Shown: in pieces, positions 1 to 12,400 of the stretch
Layout: each line of letters opens with the position of its first letter
How positions within the stretch are numbered: position 1 is the first letter of the stretch
Assembly (NCBI GenBank): GCA_013115145.1
Contig: JAAPAO010000270.1
Coordinates: 1-44,574, forward strand
Source: Perkinsus chesapeaki ATCC PRA-425
Lineage: Eukaryota; Protista; Perkinsozoa
Reading direction: 5' to 3'
DNA: 44,574 nucleotides
Translations under genes and position numbers: made by a program
The notes under the pieces: model-generated
Told to the model about the DNA's origin: nothing
Database searches by the model: none
The model's input: the letters and a program-made list of their open reading frames with translations, nothing else

Positions 1-419
1 AGTCTGGTCCAGTATCCCGATAATCTGGAAAACTTAGGCCCGTCCAAGCATGTAGTTTAATACCGGTCCCAAGTATAGCGCTTCGAAGAAGGCCGTCGAT
101 GGGCACCGACCTGAAGGGTATGATGCGAAAGAGAATAGACAACTGAGAACCATTAACTAAACTCAACGGATGTGCCAAGGTTGTATAAAATACTAGTGTG
201 AGCGAGTCGGCAGTTTCGAAATATCAACCCCTCATTGCTCGATAATGACCGTAATTACCCGATAATGTTTATTGCCCTGTACGAATATATTTTGGGCGAG
301 CGAGATTAGGCCTCGAGCGGAGCGTAGTGTTTTTGCGTGGTCGTCAGCGCAAGATTATTCAAACTCGAGCCGATCTCGAAATTGAGCCTTTGGAAGTCTT
401 ACTGTTTTTCAATTAAATT

Positions 420-3400
420 ATGGGCGAAGGTGAAGGCGGTGGCGGCCTCGACAAACGAGTCGAATTCGTTCTACAGAGAATCTTCGCTATTTTCGGGTAA
501 GGCCATCATTCGACCTCTAAAAAGATCTTACAAGTCAACCTAAGATACTCGAAATATGATAAGTTCAAGTCGACCATTTTGAACCAAAAGGAAGATTCTC
601 CACTCCGAGCCATTGAAGCATTCCTAGACGATCCCGAAGTACATCCAATATAGCCTTTCTTCTGACTTACGGACTTCTTCAGTGCCTCGCCTTCTTTGCG
701 TACCAAGGCTCTGGTGAGAGCTTAGTGGCAACTCGCCAAACACCTGCATCGCTCGGGCAGATTAAAAAGAAGGTTCTTATTGTCTGCCGATCGAAGGTAA
801 CCTTAAAAGCTTATGTGAGAATCTTAGGGCTATTTTAGGCCGAGATTGAAATTAGTGCGGACAACATTGTCAGTGCTATTGTTGTACAAGAACTCTCTAA
901 GAGATTGCTGGAAAACATGAACTGCCTTTTGAACGGAGCGTGAGTATTTATACCATATTTCCGCCAAATCGTCCTCTAAAGGTACTCCTCTGCGCTATCT
1001 AATCCCCTAAATCAGCGAGGTTGGTCTGATTTGATATCCAAGGATTTACTCGGCAAGTTCTACGCCTTCCTTTCTACTTTACATGTCACTCATGGGCTTA
1101 TGGAAGGACGGACGGTAAGTCCATAGCACCACGGTATCATAAGTGCGGTCGAAAATGCGGCTACATAGTAACAGTCAATCTTAAACCCGCTTTTACGTGG
1201 TATTCTCATGAAGTGAATATAATGAAATGTTTACGTTAGTTATGACCTTTAGGTGCTTCCTTTGCCTCCTAAGGAGACAACTCAACCTCCTCCACCCTCG
1301 GATGGCCCCGGTGTCCAACAGGCTGTAAGATTTCCCATACTGTCAATAGCCCGACTGCCGATCCTTTAGATTGCCAAGGACCGTGTTCATGCGTTGGAGA
1401 GCTCCTTGATCACTTGGACGAAGCAAGTTAAGCACGTATTGAAGCAAGAGCCAGAAGCCGCTTTGAAGGATCCAAATAGAAATCCTGAACCCATGGTTGA
1501 GGTGGAATTTTGGACACTTAAGGCCAATAATCTCAATTCGGTGAGATCGTGCTGCCTTATGAACTTGATCGGCTGCGGGCTGCAAATCGCTCCGCTTGAA
1601 GTTGTTTTGAACCGTGGTGGAGAAAATAAACCGAGTCCCAAAATATAATGTATGTAGCGTTGTAAGCAGGCTTATGTCTGTGTATTTCACGGCAGTTACG
1701 ATCTTACTTAGTTGAAAAGCATTGTGGAACGTAAACTATACCAGTATTATTCATAACAGTACACTCGCCTTTATGGACAGCATTATTCGGGAATCAATCA
1801 CCCAATAATAGCCTGACCGTTTCAGGTACATGATCAGCTTCAAGCCGCTGACCTACGTAAAGTGTTATCGGTTTTAGAGGATAATAAAAGTACTTACGTT
1901 GAACCGTTTAAGAAGCTTCAAAATGAAGTGGAAGAGGCGAGGGACGAGGCTAACGATAATGTCAAATTCCTGTCGTCCCTTACCAAGCACTTCCAGAAGC
2001 TCGCCAGCGATTCTATGGACTTTGTGGAATTGGATAAGTTATTCGATCCGATCCTTCATACCATACTTTTGATATGGAAGCATTCTAAGTACTATAACAC
2101 CCCGGCGAGACTAGTGGTTCTTATGAGGTAATACTGGAGGGTAGCAGAGGACTATGGTGCCTGTAGTCATTTATTAGGAAGTAGTTTTGGTAGCAGTCTA
2201 GCTCGGGAGCTATAGGAAATATCGTATAGTATCCCTGTATCCTTGACATCAGTGTTTATGTGTCTGAGAATGATTGCTGTTTGTATGTTATAGAGAGTTG
2301 CAGTATCACGAAAAGGTTGTATAAGCCTTATAGGATGTTGAAATTGATCGTATGTGAGTTAGCTAGCTTGTCTGGGTCAACATTGCCAGGTCAATCTGGA
2401 CTCCTTTTTTCGATCTGAGTGGTTACCAAGGCTTGTGTCTCAGGGAGATCTGCAATAGTATCATAGCCCAAGCGTGCCGGTTCATAAACGGCCCACAAGT
2501 GTTCTCACTGATAGCTAACGAGGAGGCAAATGAAGCCGTGGAAAAGTTGGAGAAGACTCTGGAAATCTGCACTGCATTTCGAGATAAGTATTTTGTGTAT
2601 AAGGACATTGCCGAGCAGCAGGGAAAAGAGGGCGGCTGGCGAATACAGACCAATGCGGTCTTTGTGAGGCTCGACGCGTTCAGGGAGCGGTGCCGAGATA
2701 TATTGGATTTTACTAAGACGATAGTGCAGTTCTTTAAGTTGGAGCGTGTAGAAATCGGCGGCACGAAAGGGAAGCAGTTGACCGCCGCAATACAGCAAAT
2801 CTTCGAGGAGTTCAAACAGGCAGTGGAGACCTTCCAAGGGGTGTCATATGATATCATTGATGTCGGAGCTCGCTCTTTCGATGACGACTTCTACAAGTTT
2901 CGTTCGGCCGTTAAGAATCTTGACCAGAGGCTCGGGGCTGTTCTGGGGAGCGGGTTCGAGGACTTGGACACCATACAGGGGCGGCTGAAGTTGTTTGACG
3001 CCTTTGAAGGCCTCTTGGAGAGATCTATTCTTCAAGATGAGCTGGAGAAGCGGTTTGATGGGTTGCTTAAACAGTATCACGATGATCTTATTGAGGTCCA
3101 AAATATATATGTCGAGGATAAAGCTAAGATATGCTCTGTCTCGGAGGATGCGCCGCTGTATGAGAATGTAAGTCGGTAATTTGGTTTTAATAAGAAATTA
3201 GTACTGGTCTCAATTACGGTCATTATTCCTGAACAAATACTCTGGCTTTATTGTCCATTATAATGAATAGATATAATGAATTCGTTATTTATTATCTATT
3301 TTCTCCCTTCAGATGCCCCCTGTCGCCGGCGCCATATATTGGGCTAGATCTCTACGTAGTCGAGTGGCGGATCCAATGCCTAAGCTGATGCTTTATAACG

Positions 3401-6400
3401 ATATGGTCAAGGAGAAGCCCGATGAGTTCCCGGAAATTGAGGGACTTCATTCGACGCTCTGCAAGACGCTCGATGAGTTCGAGACACAAATGTGAGTTGG
3501 AATGGCTCGTCGGGGATCTGTCTGGTTTCACTGGGCAAATTCCGCCTCCCTAGTGGAGAAGCAAGTCGAGAGTTCGATAACATAAAATTAGCCTTGACAT
3601 TCTGCGGTGTCCGGCCCTCCTTCCCTCCCGACCGATCTATAGTTCTTCATAAACAGCGGGAATTATACTTTGTATGTTAGATGATAACGATTGATAGGTT
3701 TTTCCGTTATTGTTCGTCGTTTGAAGATTTTGTCCGAAAATCCCGCACTGTCCGGTCACTCAGTTGTGCGCCCTTTAATTGCTGTGGAATCCAGGGGCTT
3801 TGGAAAGGAGGATAGACTTCTCACTTTGGCGGAGTTATGCTATATGTGGTGCTCTCAGGTTTGAGGGTTGGCAGGCTGACTGTGTCGATTCTGCCAAGGA
3901 GAAACTGAAGATGCGCCTTCTTCGTCGTCTCGAGAAGACGGGCACTTTGAAGGTCAATTTCGATCCTCAGCTCGTCCGGCTTCTACGGGAGGTTCGATAC
4001 TTTTTGCTGTTCGGTTTGGAGGTCCCCGAAGCTGCTTTGGAGATGTATGAGCGGGCAGACACCTATCGGGAATGGACAGGTCGACTCGATGTGGTCGTTC
4101 AGAAATACAACGCAGTTCTTACTGAGCTGCTGCCAGTCGAGGAGCCTCTGTTCGGTGACAGGATACAGAAGATGGACACAACGCTGTCTCCGGGCTTGGT
4201 GGACCTCAAGTGGAACAGCGAAGATAGAATCCCCGATTTTATACTTGTCGCCGAGGGTGTTATAGGCGATGTTTCGGGAGTGGTCGATGTCGTTAAGAGC
4301 AACTTGAGGAAGATCTCGGCGATTTTGGCCAAGTGGTGCCAGAGCCCTCTACTGGAGAGGAAACCGAAGCCGATGTCAGCGGAGGACTTTGATAGCATTC
4401 ACAAGGCAGCAGTGGGAGTGAAGTTACATATGATGACGGAGGATGGCAAGGAGATACATAAATTGGTTAAGGATAGTTCGGAGGCGCTGAAGATCTCGAA
4501 GACGGCTGATACGTGGAAGAGCTACGTTGATTTTGTTAATAATATTATTATTGAAGGCCTCGTTTCTGCAGTGGCGGTCTCACTGCAGTACCTGTGCGAG
4601 ATTCTCGACCCGCTCATTATCGCCAGAAATGAGATGCAGCCCTTATTTGACGTGAAAATCGAGCTGCAGGGCTCTGAGATCGTCTTCGAGCCGGCATTTG
4701 CCTTGACCAGCAGTTCTCAAGGATCACTCTGCTTGAGGGGAGTTATTGATGGCTGGTTGAAGGACTTCTTCGCTATCGGAACTGTTATGCAGCGGCTGGA
4801 TACAGGTAGTAGTCGGGGCTTGTATTATGTGGATTAATAGTTATTATCAAGTTCAACGTGGCTTGTTTGGAGTCTCCAAATAGGAATTGTTAATTCTATG
4901 TTCGTATCTGGTTTCGTTTTCGTATATATTCTTTTAACTGTTGTATAAGGTGCTTCCTGCGCTGGGAGTCGGACAGCAGCTGCGGCAGGGACATTTCAAC
5001 TTCTTCGAATGAGTCCTATAAAAATACTATCAGATTAGTCTCTAGAAAGCGCTTTTGGGTGGCATCCTAGCCAGCTCTCTACAAGCAGGAAAAATCGACT
5101 CTTTGACAGTACCGGAGCATTTTTCCGAATTGAAGTTCAATCCTTCCCGTGGGATATTGAATAACACCAAGCATAATGTTATTACCCGCGACTGCCTTGA
5201 TACCTGCGACTAGTGTTGACGTAGCTATGTGTATCAGGTGCGGGTGATTACCTAAATGAGCTGAAGGAGCACTTCCAAATGCAATGTCTGTTGGCCCTTG
5301 TCAGCGAGCTTATCGACAACACAGAGATGAAGTGCCTCGAGTATCGTCAGAAGTTCTTGGAGCATTCCTTCCTTTGGATGGACTCCATTGAAGATTCGTT
5401 TAATAGCTTCTTGGCGGAGGGAGCGAAGGATCTGGTGGAGAACTTTGAAGAGGAAGGGGTAGTAGAAAAGGGAATTTATTTTCCGACATTGGAGAATATT
5501 TGTTGTGATGCATCCGAGAGAGCACTGTCTTTTTCCCTCTATATTGCTGCCCTCTGTACCGCACCAGAGGAGCAGGCTATTCTGCTGTGGAGGAGGGCTG
5601 CGCTGGATCGTTTGTTGTCCTTGTCTTGCATTCTACGATTCCAATCTTGAATAATTATTCACTATAGACTATTAATTATTAGAATTATATTATCAATGCA
5701 ACTAGTATAGTTATACAACTATATGGACTTCAAAAGTGAATAGCTATTAATTATTCTTTTTTGGAGTCTATATAGTTGTATAACACTCGACCCTTTTGGC
5801 TCAATTGCCCTATTACTGGACAGCTGCGTCAACTCGGCTTCCGGAGGGAACGCTTGGTTTTGATGATATATAATGGGGCTTGTTACCAGTAACCAATCAG
5901 GTCTTGGGCTCTCAATATTACTTTTGGAATATCACTTTCTATCCGTCACTAACAAGTCACTAGGAAATCTTTTTATTACCGTCGCACGAGGAGTAATGGG
6001 TGTATGATCAGGTCGCTTTCAACGAAATTATGGCCATGATTGGTGTAGATCTCGGCGTACCCATTCCTCCTATGGAGAAGTTTGATGAGGCTGTCACTAA
6101 GTTTGCACAGATGAAGACCACTATCAGCAACTTGAAGACGCCTGTAGACATCCATTGGTTACGGATCAACATTCAGCCGGTTAAAATACACCTGGTCCAG
6201 TTCGCCGGGAAATGGGAGCTTACCTATACCCACTTCTTGCAGGAGTTCTGCGAGGGCCGGATCGATTCTCTTTGTAAATTCATATATAAGGTGAATGATG
6301 GTTTAACACAGCACAGCCCGGCCGACGATCCTGAGAACGAGAAGCTTTTGTATGCTACTATGACGCATATTCGAGATGTTAAGCTGGCAATGGAGGCGGC

Positions 6401-9400
6401 TAAGTTGCTGTTCAATCCTATTAGGGAGCAAGTTTCAACTTTGAAGAAGCACGGTGTGGTTTTGGCGGACGAGAAGTTGCAGGAGCTTGATTTGGCTCCG
6501 GCGAGATGGGAGGAAGTTATCCGAGCTGCATTCGACGAGAAGGAAAAGATTCTGCCATTGCAGAGCGCGGAGATGCTAAAAATTAGGAAGAAGATCGACG
6601 CTTTTGCTGGGGAAGTGGCGCAGTACAGGAGTACCTTCCTGCAGGAATGCCCGTTCAAAGCGGAGCATACGTACGAGGAGGCATATGGCAAGTTGGATGA
6701 CTTTTATGAGAGGACAATGGCTATGGCTGAACGAGCTAAAGAGTAATAGGGGGATGGCTTGGAAATTGAGTTGTATTGAAAACGAATAATAGTTCGCGTT
6801 GATTCTTTCGTCATGACAGTTTTATTGTTATCATTTTATACGAGTAACAAATATGTTTACCAATTGTTTTATTTAATTGTTGAAACCTTCCGCGTCATCT
6901 TATATTCTGTTTTATATATCCTCATGAAATGCACGGTTGAACATAAGATATCGGCAACTCGATATAGGTCAATGCACCCTTCAACAGTACCCTTTGGGGA
7001 CGAAATGGAATAGTTGAAGGACAAACGAAAAGGGGCTGAGAGTTTATCATCCAATATATACTTGCTCGCGTATCTGTATCTTAATAACTACAGCTCCCTG
7101 AAACCGTTTGCCATCCTGCGAACTTGAACAAATCTTCACGTGCGTATTCCAGAGCCCAGACTTGCTCGTTGCTCGCTACGGGTTCTATAGAAGGATCGAC
7201 GACAAACGCTGATTCGATGCATAGGTTTTTGGCTTGAGAAAATGAGGGAACGGCCTTCTTCTCCTTCCTCTTCTGTTGCTGTCCGGCTTGGAAATGATAA
7301 CTATTTTTTAGTTACAATAATCTAGAGCTGCTATTCGATATGGCGATGAGCGGGTATCGAGAACTCAAAGATTCCCAGGAAGATCTTGTGCAGCTGAAAA
7401 ATCTATGGGATGCGATCGCTTTGGTCAACTACACGTTTGAGGATTGGAACTCCACACTGTGGGACAGGATTAATACCGATGACTTGCTGATGAGAGTAAA
7501 GGAATTGGGAACGCAGGTGAAGGGAATGCCGAAGGAGATTCGGGGATGGAAGCTATATGCTTGGCTCCAAGATATTGTGAAGAATATGTCCACGGTGCTG
7601 CCATTGATAAGCGATCTGCATTCGGACACTATGAGGGATCGGCATTGGAATCAGCTTATGGATGTCACGGGAACAACCTTTACGAAGGGACCGGAGTTTT
7701 GCTTCAAGGATTTGCTTGATTTGGAGCTGCACAAGTTTGCCGATGATGTTAGTGAAATTGTGGATCAAAGCGTGAAGGAGGCGAAGATAGAAAAGAAGTT
7801 GGGAACTATTAGGACTACCTGGACGAAACTGACGCTGGAGTTCGACCATTCGAGAGAGGACTGCCCGCTGTTGAAGGAACTGGGGGAAGTGGTGGAGATA
7901 CTGGAGTCCCATTCGTTGGAGATGATGGGGATGGTGTCACAAGGAAGGTTCATAGAGTTCTGTCAAGCTGTGGTGGATGAATGGAGTGAGAGAAGGGCGG
8001 TTTGTACATTTGCCTATAATATTGTCATATCGCTTAGTCGGGATATATAAGCTAATATGTACCATTTTGTTATTATATTTTTTAGTGTCATAAGCCTAGT
8101 GGGGCGGTAGTACATGTGCTTATAATATTGTGATACGAAAACGTCCTGTATAAGCTACCCTCCTTTTTTCTCATTATATGTCGTATTTGTTACTACGCAG
8201 TATTAAGTAATCGTCGCCATATTGCAGTTGTCGGAATTGAGGTGGTTTGGTGTGGTGTCTTCCTTCGTGTCTGTCTTGCAGTTGTATCATTCGGGATTCC
8301 CGGATCGGGAAATTTGCCTTTCTCTTGGGCTTCTATGTTATTACGGTGTTGTTCTCCCTGTTAAGTGCTTATCAGTAGTATCATTTCGCCTGTATAGAAC
8401 TCAACAGGGATCTCCATTCCCAAGCAGCTAAATGGGGAAGTCGTTTTTTGGGAAATGTGCTGCGGGAATCAACGTGGTTGAAGTTATTTCTTGATTCGCT
8501 CACCTGTACCTATTCAGGTACGAAGCTGCGCACAGTTGATTCGGTTCTGACAGTGTGGCAGAAAGTACAGAGAAATTGGTGTCGATTGGAGCCGATCTTT
8601 ATGCTGTCGGATGATATTCGATCGCAGCTGCCGGAGGATAGTAAACGGTTCGAAGCGTTGGACACCGAATGGAAGGATCTTATGGTCGATGCATCACAGT
8701 CATCCAACGCGGTGGAGATTTGCTGCGCTGAGGGAAGAGAGGAGGTATTGTGAGCTCGGATGGATGGCGTGGATGTGGCTTGATGTTGTTAGGTGCTTCA
8801 CAGACTTCATGATTCTATTGAGGCGTGCGAGAAGAGTCTGAACGACTATTTGGAGCAGAAAAAGAAGGCGTTCCCTCGATTCTACTTTGTGGCAAATCAA
8901 GCTCTGTTGGATATCTTGTCGAATGGCAACCGACCGCTCAAGGTGAGGCTCTTGCCGTGATGAAATAGGCTCATCTGCTCGCCCGACGAACTTGGCGAGG
9001 AAAAAGATGTGGAAAATATTCTGGGTCTTCACAGTTACGAGAATTGAAAAGTATCTTTTTCATTTCTCGTATTACTCATAAACTAGAAAGACTGCTGTAT
9101 GGCGTGGAGAAAGGCCAGGAGCTCATAAGAGGGATGATATCGTTTGGCAGCAGCCACACGGCATCATCCCTCTTATGAACCACTATAGTGAAACCTTGGT
9201 TTGTCTTGCTGAAGTTGGTTATATCTTCTATTAGGTTGCTGAATACCTCGGAGATTGCTTCGATGGAGTTAAAAGTCTCAACTTCGAGAAGGACCCTGTT
9301 AACGGTCGAATTGGCACTGGTATTGTTTCCAAGGACAAAGAGTACGTGCCGTTCTATGAGGATGTGGTCCTGGAGGGTGCGGTCGAGACGTATCTTACCA

Positions 9401-12400
9401 ACTTGGAGTCTCACATAAGATGCACGCTTCGAGATATCCTGGACAATGCACGGGCAACCGCGGAGAACTGGGAGGTCGATAAGCCCAGAGAGATCTGGCT
9501 GCAGGATTACTGCGCGCAACTTGCATTGGTAACGACACAATTGGTGTGGACGGAGGAGACAGCGCGAGCGTTTGACGAGCTGGAAGGAGGCAGTGAGACT
9601 GCTATGAAGGATTATAAGAGGGTTTGTGATGATAGGATTGAAAAGCTTATCAAACAGGTAAGATTGAGGGAGAGGGTTTATCAACCTCCGAGAAATCTTT
9701 CAATGGGTGCAGCAATATAGGGAAAGTTGCTGCTGAGAAACAACACATAGTAGCAGTGTGCATTCCCGTCTAGATAGTCTTTAGTACCATTCCTCCCTGA
9801 CGAGCATGCCGTGTTCCAGGTTCAACAGCCTCTTGGTGCCGATCTCCGCGCTAAGATCATTACGATTATCACCATCGATGTCCACGCTAGAGATGTGATC
9901 GAGAAGTTCGTCCAAACGAAGATCACCGATCCGACAGCGTTCCAGTGGCAAAGTCAGCTGCGGTTCTATTGGCAGCACAAACCGGCCACCGGGAATCTGG
10001 TATCATTCACGCCCGAGGAGCTGAAAACATGCGTTATCCGCATTTGTGATTGGGCTACCATTTACCAGTATGAATATGTTGGCAACTGCGGAAGGCTAGT
10101 CATCACACCTCTGACGGATAGATGTTATATCACTCTCACACAGGCTCTGAATCTCATCATGGGCGGCGCACCAGCGGGACCAGCAGGTGAGATTCGGAAT
10201 CAGAATTCACCCTCCACTGAATTTCTGGTGGAGGTGGTGTTGAGGGTGAATTAGTTATCATGCGCTCAGTTTTCAGAGCAGTGCCGAATTGATGTATTTT
10301 TGTGAACATACTTCGAGCGCGCGTTACCGGGGCTGGCTTAAGGCGGCGTGCTTTATCGTTGTCGGAATTTTTGGAGACGAGAACTCTGTGGTAGCGAGGA
10401 ATCTGTCAGCAGCGGACTTTCCTTGGAAATGCGGTATCGCACTGGCTGTGTGGCTTATGTTACCGTTTCTGTGTTTGAAGGTTCCATATTGCTGCTCAGG
10501 TACGGGTAAAACTGAGACCACAAAAGATCTTGCGAGAGCAATCGGTTTGGCTGTGATGGTCTTCAACTGCTCTGACCAGATGAGCTACCTCACGATGGCA
10601 CAGATCTTCATGGGCCTCAGTCAGACTGGCGCCTGGGGATGCTTCGATGAATTCAACAGAATTAGTATTGAGGTGCTCAGTGTGGTGTCGACGCAGGTTA
10701 AGACGGTCTTGGATGCCATCAAGGAGAACTTGCAAACGTTCCTGTTCATGGATGAAGACATTAGACTTATTCCCACCTGTGGGTTCTTCATTACCATGAA
10801 TCCGGGGTATGCCGGTCGAACGGAGCTCCCTGAGAATCTGAAGGCTTTGTTCCGATCTTGCGCCATGGTTGTCCCGGATTTGGTGTTCATTTGTGAAAAT
10901 ATGTTGATGAGCGAAGGCTTTGTAGTGGCCCGAAGTCTGGCTCGCAAATTCGTGTGCTTGTATATGTTATGTCGAGAACTGCTTTCCAAGCAAATGCACT
11001 ACGATTGGGGTCTTCGGGCGGTTAAGTCACTGCTGAGGCAAGCCGGTACGCTGAAGAGAGCTGATCCTGATATGGATGAGTATCCTATCTTGATGAGAGC
11101 TCTTAGAGATTTCAACACACCGAAAATCGTCACTTCTGACATGCCGATTTTCCTGAGGTTGATCCAGGACCTTTTCCCGGGCGTCACGGCGGAGGTCAAA
11201 TTGAACCCGGAGTTCGCCAAGGTGGTCGCCAAAGTGGTGAAGGAGCGTGGCTTACAGCCGGATGAAGGCTTTGTTACGAAGGTCGTGGGTCTGTTGGACA
11301 TCCTTGGCGTGCGCCATTGTTGCTTTATTATTGGTCCGACTGGTTCATCGAAGACAGAGGTGTGGAAATGCCTGTTGGAGTCCTTGAAGGTGATTGGTGA
11401 GGAGGGCGCATATGAGGCGCTGAACCCAAAAGCTATTACTTCTGATGAGCTGTATGGTATAATGACTAAGACTAAGGAGTGGAAGGACGGGGCCATCGCT
11501 GTTATTATGAGGAATATGAGCAAGGAGATCAACGGATATAAATCGTCACACAAGCACAAATGGGTGGTGCTGGATGGAGATATCGATGCTACTTGGATTG
11601 AATCCATGAACACTGTTATGGATGATAACAAGGTGAGCTGAAATAAAGACGGGAGGGTTAATAAAGTTGTGGATCTAGCGACCATTGAAGAGAATCTATT
11701 AGTATATATTATGGTGTAGATGTTAAGGGGTTCATCCAGCCTCGCAGATGTGGGCATAGAAGTATGGTGTCATTTCCGCTAGGGATGTTCAATGCTCATG
11801 AATAGTTCGCTCATATTCGCTGTCAAGATATTTGGGAGCTCAAGTCAGATCTCCATGCTGAATGCTGAGGATGGCATTCCTAATGCCCGGAAGTGACGAA
11901 AAATTTCTCGAAAACTTTTCGTGTATTTCTATAGGGAATCATTAACTGATGTGATGATACGTGACGTGGTTGAAAAGATGGGAAGATTCCCGATTAGCTT
12001 ATCTAGCTTACCAGTTGTTCAGGTCTTAACACTTGTCTCAAACGAGCGTATCCCTTTCACTAACACAATGCGAATGCTGCTGGAGATTCAAGACATGAAG
12101 TGTGCCTCGCCAGCCACGGTATCTCGAGGAGGGGTGCTTTTCATTAACGAAACTGATGTTGGTTGGAAGCCTTATATGGAGTCGTGGAGAGAAAAGATGG
12201 ACCCGGTCGCACAGAGCACATTTTATTTGCTCTTCAACAACTACTTTGACCAAAACATAGAGTAAGTCTGTCAGGTGCGCTTTGGATTCCGTCCGATCTT
12301 TTCATTAACTGAGTCTCGATAAGATTCGCGGTGCTGTTATTATGTGTATTATGCTGAATGATGAAGGGTTGGTCATATCTACTATTCGACACAGCATCTG

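Noticed and set aside
242-3226. 15-nt inverted match ataatgaccgtaatt (242-256) / aattacggtcattat (3212-3226)
   Set aside because: It does not extend on either side, and roughly one or two such 15-mer pairs are expected by chance in a window this size.
5130-5153. tgaag-TTCAATC-cttcc T-arm-like hairpin in dynein intron 11
   Set aside because: Imperfect B-box with no terminator at the expected distance and no other tRNA features.
5794-5804. TTTTGGCTCAA, matching the 3' part of the dinoflagellate-type spliced leader
   Set aside because: Only 11 nt, lacks the terminal G and the CCGTAGCCA part, is intronic, and has no SL-RNA Sm site or donor context.
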